Positions 1-9,411 of a DNA stretch of 64,000 nucleotides are shown piece by piece. The first letter of the stretch is position 1. The number at the start of each line of letters is the position of its first letter. The DNA is from Fidelibacterota bacterium CG08_land_8_20_14_0_20_45_22 (GTDB lineage Bacteria; Fidelibacterota; UBA2242): the NCBI GenBank assembly GCA_002774355.1, contig PEYN01000018.1, positions 91 to 64,090 on the forward strand. The letters run 5' to 3'. The position numbers were made by a program, and so were the translations under genes. The notes under the pieces were generated by a model that made no database searches, was not told the origin of the DNA, and saw nothing but the letters and a program-made list of their open reading frames with translations.

Positions 1-227
1 CGGCTAATACCCCGTTGGCGACAGGCTTCGGAAACGTTTCCAAGTGCTTTAGCCAGTTCTAGGGCGCTTAAGCGCTTCTGGGCTAATTTTCTTTCAGCTG
101 GTTCCATAAGACTTCTTCCCCGCCTGAATGTCGGGCAGGCTTTCGTTTTTCCTGCTGTTGTAACTTCGCTCCTCCCGAATAATCGGGATTCGCGGCGTTA
201 CAACAGCATAGTTTAATATAACTAGGC

Positions 228-1182
228 ATGATTCGGAAGAAGATTAACTATACACCGGTCAGCCAGGTCGATATTACCGCGGCACTTCAACCAGAAATTA
301 CGCCTAAGAGAAATGTCTTTTACATATCTTTTCCACTAGATATTTACGTTAAGGTTAACGCTTATGGCCGGACTGTCAAATCAGTGATTGCTGGTAAAAG
401 GAAAATGTTTTTCAGCAAAGAGCCTTATCCCTACGAAGAAGATGCCTGGATTGTTAAAATCTCAGCCGAATCTTTGACGACTCTACCCGATGGTGAGCAG
501 CTTGTTGCGATCAATTTTAATTCGGGCGAGGCGGGGTTGCTAAATTTGCAGGTTGTTCCCAAAAGAAAACCGGCTGAGCTAACAATTACTGCTCCGGATG
601 TCAATCACGGCAATTCGGTGCTGTTTTTATTACCGGATGGTAAAAAAATGCTCGTAGATTGTGGCAAGGCTTTTATCCGCGATAGCGTGATTATTCCTTT
701 ATTAAAGAAAAATGGCGTTTCTCACCTGGATTACCTTATCCTTAGTCATTACCATGAAGACCATGATAGCGGGGATCGAGGACAGACAATCCGTGAAAAA
801 TTCAAAGTTGATAATTTCAGGGACTACCGCGATTTTAAAGCCGGAGATGAATTTGAAATCGGCGGCGTTCATTACCGGAAATCAAATCACAGCTATCGAA
901 ATGCCTGGAGAAATATTAACAGATTTTGCCTTGTTTCAGAATTATCCAAACCCGTTTAATCCTATGACAACCATTGTCTATTCAATTGCGGTCGAGAGTG
1001 TTGTAAAACTGCAGATTTATGACTTGCTTGGCAGGGAGGTAAAAACACTGGTAAACCAAAGGATGCCATCTGGTAAGCATATTGTTAATTTCAACGCCAA
1101 GGAATTGAAGTCAGGGATTTACTTTTATAAAATCAAAGCTGGCGATTTTGAACAGATGAAAAGGATGATACTGATTAAATAG
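228..1182 (+). pseudogene. Disrupted gene: ComEC-like metallo-beta-lactamase-fold N-terminal part (ORF 228..959) joined out of frame to a T9SS (Por) C-terminal sorting domain (ORF 712..1182)
   Basis: ORF 228..959 has LLPDGKKMLVDCG and LILSHYHEDH (HxHxDH) motifs of the beta-lactamase fold but lacks the downstream His/Asp motifs. The overlapping +1 frame ends with YPNPFNP...SGIYFYKIKAGDFEQMKRMILIK, a typical T9SS CTD. Confidence 0.45.
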
Positions 1183-1394
1183 CCCGAATTTGACTCACAA
1201 AAGATTGTCGAATTAAACATCGTTTCTCTGAAAAATTAATAGTAGGGTAAATCGGACCATATTTCAAACCCCAAATTTATACCTTTGGATCAATGTGCTT
1301 TTATTTTGATTTCGTAACGACTATATTTTCGGCAATTGTTTTGGTTTTTCTCGTTGTTAGATATTCATGATCAGTCAATCAGGAGGAATGAAGA

Positions 1395-3209
1395 ATGTTT
1401 AAAAACCACCCCAAAGGTTTAGCGGTTGCTTTCTTTGCCAACATGGGCGAGCGCTTCGGCTTTTATACGATGATGGCAATTCTGGTGTTGTTTCTTCAGT
1501 CCAAATATGGTCTGGACGAAAATACTGCCGGAAGTATTTACAGCTGGTTTTACTTTGCCATCTACGCCCTAGCGTTGTTTGGAGGCATTATCGCTGATTC
1601 TACCAAGAAATACAAAACGGTGATACTGTTCGGACAGATCGTTATGTTTGCCGGTTATCTGTTAATTGCAATCCCCGATTTGTCGCTTACCGTGACACTC
1701 ATCGGCCTGTTCACCATCGCTTTCGGTAATGGTCTGTTCAAAGGCAATCTGCAAGCCGTAGTCGGACAAATGTATGATAATGAAAAATATTCCAAAGTCC
1801 GCGATTCGGCCTATATGCTGTTCTACATGGGAATCAATGTTGGCGCTTTCTTTGCCCCTTTCGCGGCGACCGGTATCAGAAACTGGTGGCTGAAGTCCAA
1901 CAATTTACTACATGACGGTAGTTTGCCGGCCATTTGTCACCAGTTTATTAATGGTACTTTGAAAGATTCCGGTGAGTTGCAAACCATGGCAAACAGGGTA
2001 AGTCTGAGCGGTCCTGTGACAGATCTTTCTGCCTTTGCTCATAACTATCTCGAGGTATTCTCCACGGGGTACAATTTTGCTTTTGGGATCGCCGCCATTG
2101 CGATGATCATCTCACTGGTGGTTTATATCATCTTTAACCGATATTTACCCAGTAAAGAAAAGGCCACGGCCGGAAGCGATTCAAAAGTTTCGTTGGCAGG
2201 TAAACCGCTGGCGATAATTAGTGCCCTTGTAGCTGGTGCAGTTGTGGCTTATCTGATCAGTTTGGTGAAAGACATCGCTACTGGCGCCGCGATCGGGCTG
2301 TTCGTTACCTTCGTGACCTGGATTTTACTGATCTCAAAAAAAGAAGAAAAATCGCGGGTCATGGTGCTCTTGTTGGTGTTCTTTGTAGTCATATTTTTCT
2401 GGATGTCCTTCCATCAGAACGGACTGACGCTGACTTTCTTCGCCCGCGACTATACCGTCAAGACCGTCGATCCATATACCTATATGTTTTTCACACTGCC
2501 AAATATTTTGTCATTGATCGCCTTTTTAATCGGATTGGTTTTAATCTTGGGGCGAAAAAACGCCCGAAATGTGCGTTTTACGGGAGTGGGATTTTTAGTC
2601 GTCAGCGCCGCGGTTATTTATTATCTGTTCAAACAGGGAGAAGCGCAGAATCCAATCGCGCCGGAGATTTTCCAATCGTTCAATCCGCTTTTCATCGTTT
2701 CACTCACCTTCGTTGTGATGGGACTATTTTCCTGGCTGAATAAAAAAGGCAAGGAACCTTCCACTCCCCGCAAAATCAGCTATGGTATGGTGATCGCGGC
2801 GCTGGGATTCCTGGTACTTCTGATTGGCTCGCTGAACCTGGTTTCTCCTCACGAATTAAAACTCATTGATGAAACCGGTGCGATTAAGTTCAGTCAGGTT
2901 CCCGACTCATCGCGGATTATGCCCTACTGGCTGATTTCATCCTACCTAATTCTCACGATCGCGGAATTGTTTCTCAGTCCGATGGGACTCTCCTTTGTAT
3001 CCAAGGTGGCTCCGGATCGTTTCCAGGGTCTCATGCAGGGCGGCTGGTTATTGGCTACCGCAGTCGGCAATAAACTGCTGTTCGTAGGCAGCACTTTCTG
3101 GGGTGTTCTCGAACTCTGGCAGTTGTGGTCGATTTTTGTCATCTCATGTCTGTTCTCGGCGGTTTTTATCTTTTCGATAATGAAGCGGTTAGAGCGTGTC
3201 ACAAACTAA
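1395..3209 (+). CDS. Proton-dependent oligopeptide transporter (POT/PTR2 family MFS)
   Basis: N-terminal FANMGERFGFY signature (the ExxERFxYY motif of POT/PTR2 transporters); multiple predicted TM segments; 604 aa. Confidence 0.88.
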   Translation: MFKNHPKGLAVAFFANMGERFGFYTMMAILVLFLQSKYGLDENTAGSIYSWFYFAIYALALFGGIIADSTKKYKTVILFGQIVMFAGYLLIAIPDLSLTVTLIGLFTIAFGNGLFKGNLQAVVGQMYDNEKYSKVRDSAYMLFYMGINVGAFFAPFAATGIRNWWLKSNNLLHDGSLPAICHQFINGTLKDSGELQTMANRVSLSGPVTDLSAFAHNYLEVFSTGYNFAFGIAAIAMIISLVVYIIFNRYLPSKEKATAGSDSKVSLAGKPLAIISALVAGAVVAYLISLVKDIATGAAIGLFVTFVTWILLISKKEEKSRVMVLLLVFFVVIFFWMSFHQNGLTLTFFARDYTVKTVDPYTYMFFTLPNILSLIAFLIGLVLILGRKNARNVRFTGVGFLVVSAAVIYYLFKQGEAQNPIAPEIFQSFNPLFIVSLTFVVMGLFSWLNKKGKEPSTPRKISYGMVIAALGFLVLLIGSLNLVSPHELKLIDETGAIKFSQVPDSSRIMPYWLISSYLILTIAELFLSPMGLSFVSKVAPDRFQGLMQGGWLLATAVGNKLLFVGSTFWGVLELWQLWSIFVISCLFSAVFIFSIMKRLERVTN

Positions 3210-3469
3210 TTGTTTCCATCGAACATGTCAGCCTCGCGGGAGTCGGTGATTTCTTCGAAGCTGGTCATGTTTAAGCAAATTTGATTGGGTTTGTCTGCCA
3301 TTAATGGTTTGATTAGGATGAATCTGGTTGTCGGTAACCAGTGAATGGGTTGGCCGGAAAATGCCGACATTGACAAATCGTGCAGAAAATTAACGAAACA
3401 TTTGACGCTTTTCCATGATGAGATGTGTCAAAGTGTACGGATTTTTAAAATGTAGTTAAGGATCAATCG

Positions 3470-4666
3470 ATGAAGAAAAAGATATTAATCGGTATTGGTA
3501 TTGTTTTGGTGGCATTATTGGGTTGGCGTTTAGTCAATTTGTTTTCCGGAGCCAACAAGCAGAAATTGGTCCGAATGGCGCGACTGCCGGTAGCCGTTGA
3601 GGTGGATAGCGTTCGATTTGCGCCCATCGTGGAAGTTCGGGAATTGACAGGAACAGTTTTTCCCGATTATCAATACGTTGTTTCACCCAAAGTTGCCGGT
3701 CGGTTAATTGAGATTCGAAAACGGATCGGCGACAAAGTCAAAGCAGGAGAAATCATTGCCCGAATCGACAATGCCGAATATCAGCAGGGCGTTTTGGAAG
3801 CGGAAGCTAATTTGCGCATTGCCGAATCTTCATTAAGCGAATCCCGCTCGAATTTTAATTTGGCAAAACAGGAAAAAGACCGCGTGGAGTCTCTTCAGAT
3901 AAAAGGCATTGCATCGTCCAGCGAATTAGATGCCGCGGTGTCGAATTATTCCGCGCAGAAATCGCGTTTCGATTTGGCACGGGCTCAGGTGGAACAACGT
4001 CAAGCGGCATTAAAATCTGCCAAGATTCGTTTGAGTTACACAACGCTGATCGCTTCTCAGCCCGGTCTTATTGGTGAACGTTATATTGATGAGGGCGCAC
4101 TCCTGTCGGCGAATTCTGCCGTTGTGTCGGTTGTTGGCATTGACCGCGTAATCGTTCGGACGACGGTGATCGAACGAGATTACGGAAAAATTAATTCCGG
4201 TCAATCGGCAAAAGTATCGGTAGATGCATTTCCAAATAAGGCGTTTTGGGGTAAAGTAACCCGCATTGCGCCTATGTTGCAAGAAGCCTCCCGCGTTGCC
4301 CAGATGGAAGTAGAAGTGGCTAACCAGACGCATGAACTAAAGCCTGGAATGTTTGCCCGCGTTGAGGTCATCACGGCGGAAAAAGCGAATACGCAAGTCG
4401 TGCCGAGTAAAGCATTAGTGACTTCCAACGGAGGAGTCGGTATTTTCGTGGTTCCAGAATCAACAACCGTTGCTCGATATTATTCCGTGACGACCGGAAT
4501 CGTGACGTCGGAATACACGGAGATTGTTGCGCCGATTCTTACTGGGCGCGTCATTACATTGGGTCAGCATTTGCTTGAAGATGGCAGTTTGGTGATTCTT
4601 CCCCAAATGAAACCAATTGAAATATCAGCGCCTGATTCTTTGCAAATTGGGGAAAAATCGAAATGA
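3470..4666 (+). CDS. RND efflux periplasmic adaptor subunit (membrane fusion protein, HlyD family)
   Basis: N-terminal TM anchor, coiled-coil rich middle, beta-barrel C-terminus; 4-bp overlap with the downstream RND pump gene. Confidence 0.85.
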   Translation: MKKKILIGIGIVLVALLGWRLVNLFSGANKQKLVRMARLPVAVEVDSVRFAPIVEVRELTGTVFPDYQYVVSPKVAGRLIEIRKRIGDKVKAGEIIARIDNAEYQQGVLEAEANLRIAESSLSESRSNFNLAKQEKDRVESLQIKGIASSSELDAAVSNYSAQKSRFDLARAQVEQRQAALKSAKIRLSYTTLIASQPGLIGERYIDEGALLSANSAVVSVVGIDRVIVRTTVIERDYGKINSGQSAKVSVDAFPNKAFWGKVTRIAPMLQEASRVAQMEVEVANQTHELKPGMFARVEVITAEKANTQVVPSKALVTSNGGVGIFVVPESTTVARYYSVTTGIVTSEYTEIVAPILTGRVITLGQHLLEDGSLVILPQMKPIEISAPDSLQIGEKSK

Positions 4667-7600
4667 ATATCGCCGCCGGACCAATTAAACGACCTATTTT
4701 AACCACAATCATTTATCTTATTGTCATTACGCTCGGATTGGTGTCATTTAGCCGGTTATCCATCGATCTGATGCCGGAAATCAGTTATCCGACGATTACG
4801 GTCATCACGAGTTATGGAAATGTAGGACCGCAGGAAATGGAAGAATCCATCTCTCGCCCGATCGAGGAGGCGCTGGCGGCGGTGCAGGGCGTCGATGAAA
4901 TTACCTCGACCTCCACCGAAGGACGAAGCGTCGTGCGGGTTTCATTCAACTGGGGGACAGATTTGGATGTCGCGGCGAACGATGTCCGCGACCGTATCGA
5001 CCGAGTAATGAGTCGGCTTCCCGAAGATATTGATCGTCCGATGATCCGAAAGTTTGATGTGTCGGCTTTTCCGATCATGAATATTGGCGTTTCTGGTAGC
5101 CTAAGTCCGCTAGAGTTGCGGCGAATCGTCGAAGATCAAGTCAAATATCGGCTGGAAAAAGCACCGGGCGTTGCATCGGTCGATATTCGCGGTGGACTCT
5201 ACCGGGAAATCCATGTTGACTTACATTCTGCAAAAATGAAGGCTCTGAACATTTCACCGGAATCTGTTCTGAACGCGCTGAAAAGTGAAAATCGGAACGT
5301 TCCCGCTGGTTTGTATGAGAAGGGAAATCTCGACGTGCTTGTCCGAACACAGGGTGAATATTCTAGTCTTGACGAAATCCGAAATACGGTGATTACCGCA
5401 CGAAACGGTGTGCCGATTCAAATTCGCGATGTCGCCGATGTGATCGATTCATGGGAAGAAGTTTTACAAATGGTACGTATTGATGGCAAACCGGGGCTTC
5501 GTATTGCTGTCAACAAGCAGTCTGGCGCAAATACGGTAAAAGTCGCCGATGCGGTGAAACTGGAAATGGTACGCATTAACCGCGATATTCCACAGATTCG
5601 ACTTATTCCGATAATGGACACCTCACAACGTACATTAAAAATTCGATCAGCAGTGTCGGCAATTCGGCGCTCATCGGCGGCATTTTAGCGGTTCTGATTC
5701 TTTTTCTGTTCTTGCGAAATGTCTCCAGTACGCTGATTATATCAACGGCGATTCCGATTTCAATTATTGCTACCTTCGGACTGATGTACTTCGGTGGATT
5801 CACGTTGAATACGATTACTTTCGGCGGGCTGGCGCTTGGGATTGGTATGCTCGTTGACTCTGCGATTGTCGTTCTCGAAAATATTTATCGCCACCGGGAG
5901 TCTGGCGCTTCATACCAACAGAGTGCGATGGATGGGGCGGTGGAAGTATGGTCGGCAATTCTTGCCAGTACGCTGACGACGATCGTTGTATTTCTTCCTG
6001 TCGTTTTTATTCGCGGCGTTTCCGGAATTATGTTTCAGCAAATGGCGTATGTTATCACTTTTTCTCTGCTGTGTTCGCTCATTGTTTCCGTGACGCTAAT
6101 TCCAATGCTATCGTCGCGCTTTCTCAAATTTCAGAGATCGGAACATTATCAGGACGAAAATGCTCTGCATCGGCTCTATTCATGGAGTGAAGACGCTTTC
6201 CGGCGAGTGGAGCAAAATTACTCAAGGATACTTCGGTGGGCTCTCGGTCATAAACGAACAGTTCTGATCGTGACGTTGGGACTTTTCATTTTGGCGGTGA
6301 TTCTGGTGCGGTTTATCGGCGTCGAGTTAATGCCGACTGCTGATGAAGGACAAGTTCAGGTCAGCCTGGAAATGGCCGTAGGAACCCGGTTGGAACTTAT
6401 CGATCAAGCGACTAAAGCTGTCGAAGATGTTATTTCAAAGCAAGTACTAGAAGCCATATCCGTTTTATCAAATATTGGCGGTGGCGGCTATGGTTCTTCC
6501 GGAGGACACATGTCTGATATCCGGATTCAACTGGTTTCTCGTGATAAGCGGAAACGGAGTAGCGAACAAATAGCAAACGACCTGCGAAAATCGCTTATTG
6601 GACTACCGGGTGTCACGATTCGGACGAGAGCCGGCCAGGGACTCTTTATATTGAGAATGGGAACTTCTTCGGGAAATGTGGTCGATGTCGAAATCCGTGG
6701 ATACGATCTGGAAACGGCACAGAAACTTGCACAAGGCGCCGATGAAGTTATTCGAAAAGTTCCAGGCGTCACCGATACCAAAATCAGCCGCGAGGAAGGA
6801 AGTCCGGAGCAGGTCATTCAGATCGATCGTGAGAAAGCGGCAGATTTAGGACTTGGTGTAACGCGAATTGGCGATGCGCTTCAAACGGCAGTCGGCGGGA
6901 CGCAGGCATCTTATTATCGCGAAGGCGGAAAGCAGTACAAAATTCTTGTGCGCCTCAGCGAAGAGGACCGAAAAGATTTGGATGAATTGCTGGATTTGTC
7001 TGTTTTGAACAGTCGGGGTTATCCCGTTGCCTTGCGAAATGTTGCTACGGTGATTCATCAGGAAGGGCCGGTTTCTATTGAACGCAAGAACCAAGAACGA
7101 ATCATCACCATCGGAACAAATTTCACCGGCAGAGATATGGGATCGGTCATTGGCGACATCCGTGAACAACTGCGCACTTTACCAATACCAAAAGACTTTC
7201 TGATCCAGTTTGGCGGCGATTACGAGGAACAGCAAAAAGCTTTCAAGGAATTGTTGGTTGGCATGGTGCTTGCCATTTTTCTGGTGTATATGGTTATGGC
7301 GGGGCAATTCGAGTCGTTTGTCGATCCGTTGGTCGTTCTCTTTTCGATTCCAATGGCAATCATTGGCGTTACACTGACGATGATTCTCACCAATACAATT
7401 TTTTCCATGCAGGCATTTATTGGTAGTATCATGCTCGCCGGAATCGTTGTCAACAATGCGATTCTTCTTGTCGATTATACGAATCAATTGCGCCGACAGG
7501 ACGGGATGGATTTGACCGATGCTGTTCAGACGGCCGGAAGTCGTCGCCTGCGACCGATTTTGATGACAACGTTGACAACGGTTTTAGGTTTATTACCGCT

Positions 7601-7757
7601 ATCGTTTGGTTTAGGTGAAGGCGGCGAAACACAGGCTCCGCTCGCTCGCGTCGTGATTGGCGGTTTACTTAGCTCGACGCTCATCACATTGGTACTGGTT
7701 CCGGTTATCTATTCTGTTTTCGAGCAACGGCTGAGAATCCGAAAGGAGCGCGGTTAG
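4663..7757 (+). pseudogene. RND efflux permease (AcrB/CzcA family) split by a single-nucleotide frameshift near 5629-5630 (fragments 4663..5688 and 5712..7757)
   Basis: ORF 4663..5688 encodes the AcrB N-terminal domain up to ...IPIMDTSQ. The frame of 5712..7757 read backwards gives YIKNSISSVGNSALIGGILAVLILFLFLRNVSSTLII, the conserved AcrB continuation. The two frames meet at 5626-5631 with two extra bases (cg). Confidence 0.8.
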
Positions 7758-9251
7758 ATGCGCTATAAAAATAAAAGAACGTTGCAACGAAAAATTCTCC
7801 TCTGTCTAATAATGGGAGGAATATCTGCGCTGGCGTCTGAACCGGAACTGGCAGATACACTGCGAATCGGTTTACAAGACGCGATTTTACTTGGGTTGAA
7901 AAACAATCCGACAGTGGCGGTTAAGCGACTGGAACCGAAAATCATGGAAACATACGTAAAAGAGCAAAAAGGTTTTTTTGATCCTGCGCTCGAAATTTCT
8001 GGAACACAAAGTCAAAATAAATCACAACGTCTGTTGGGAACGCGCCCGACACCCGTAGAACTTCAGGATAACCGCTCTAATTATTCTTTACAAATTTCGG
8101 AGATATTACCAACAGGAACAGCAGTAACAGCTTCAACCGGAATGACGGGTGCTTTGTCGAATTTGTACACCGACCAATTTTCCGGTACTATTGGCTTAAC
8201 CGTGACGCAACCGCTATTAAAAGGTTTTGGGTTTGGCGTCAATCTTGCCTCGCTTTGAAAAGCAAAAATTGATCTGAATATCTCGCAATCCGAATTAAAG
8301 GGCTTTGCGGAATCTATCGTCGCGGATATTGAAACGAGTTACTGGGAGTTGTATTTGACCGGCCAAGAGATCGCGATTCAGCGGAATTCGCTTGAACTGG
8401 CGGAACGTCAATTATCGGAATCGCTGGAACGCATCAAGGTTGGAAAACTCCCGGAAATTGAATTAGCCGCTGTCGAAGCGGAACTCGCCGCTCGGAAAAG
8501 CGCATTGATTGATGTTCAGAGCCGTCACGAGCAAGCGCGTTTGCGGATTATGTATCTACTGAATCCGGGGAAAGAGATGTCATGGTCACAACAATTTCAA
8601 CCAATTGATCAGCCTTTTTTGCCGAACGATACGTTGGCGTCAGTGACGATTCACGAACAGATTGGACTGAAATATCGACCGGATTTGGAGCAGGCTCGGC
8701 TTAATCTTCAGAAAGGTGATCTGGAAGTCAGGCGGACGCGAAACGGTTTGTTGCCTCAACTGGATTTTTTCGTCACGTTGGGAAAAACGACCTACGCCAA
8801 ATCATTCGATAAAGCCTATCCTGACGTGAATTCTCCATACTATCAGGCGAGCGCCGGACTGACGCTGGAAATTCCTGTGGCAAACCGGACGGCATCGGCG
8901 CAACACACCCGCGCGCGTCTCTCCCGCGAACAGCAATCGCTTGCCTTTCAAAATATGGAAAAATTAGCGCAGGTTGAGATTCGTTCCGCATACGCCGAGG
9001 TTATCCGCACCCGACAACAGATCGAAGCAACTCGAATGACCCGTGAACTGCAGGAAAAGAAACTTGCCGCAGAGTTGGAAAAATTCCGCGTGGGTAAATC
9101 GACCAACATTCTTGTCCTGCAGGCACAAAATGATTTCACTTCCAGCCAACTTAGCGAGGCGCGGACAATGGTTGCCTATCTGACCGCACTTGTCAATCTC
9201 TATGTTTCCGAAGGCGCCTTGCTGGAACGTCGAGGAATTGAGACTTTTTAG
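7758..9251 (+). pseudogene. TolC-like outer membrane efflux factor interrupted by an in-frame TGA at 8256-8258 (fragments 7758..8258 and 8349..9251 are in the same frame)
   Basis: Both ORFs are in frame 0. Translation across the stop gives ...GFGFGVNLASL*KAKIDLNISQSELKGFAESIVADIETSYWELYLTG..., a continuous outer-membrane-factor sequence; no other stop lies between the fragments. Confidence 0.7.
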
Positions 9252-9351
9252 AAATAGCGGTTCTGAGGGGTGGAACATGAGAATAGCATGTAAGCTATTA
9301 TCTTCATCTGTCTATGCTTTCACTGAAAACCATTTCTTGATAATCCGGCGG

Positions 9352-9381
9352 TTTGTGGGTAATTTTCGTGCCGTATTTTTG
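9352..9381 (+). promoter_or_regulatory. Candidate Bacteroidota-type sigma-A promoter upstream of ppdK (TTTG -33 element, TAtTTTTG -7 element)
   Basis: TTTG at 9352-9355 and TATTTTTG at 9374-9381 with 18 nt spacing, about 30 nt upstream of the ppdK ATG; matches the TTTG-N19-TAnnTTTG architecture of Bacteroidota promoters. Confidence 0.3.
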
Positions 9382-9411
9382 AAATGATGAATCGATAATA
9401 AAGAGGAACTT

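Noticed and set aside
8256-8258. TGA recoding (genetic code 4/25 or selenocysteine) as explanation for the in-frame stop in the OMF gene
   Set aside because: TGA terminates several well-conserved genes here at their expected ends (for example the RluA-family gene at 24380-24382 in an ATGA overlap), and TAG terminates ppdK. The GC content of about 50% is unlike known TGA-recoding lineages. No SECIS-like hairpin was recognised downstream.
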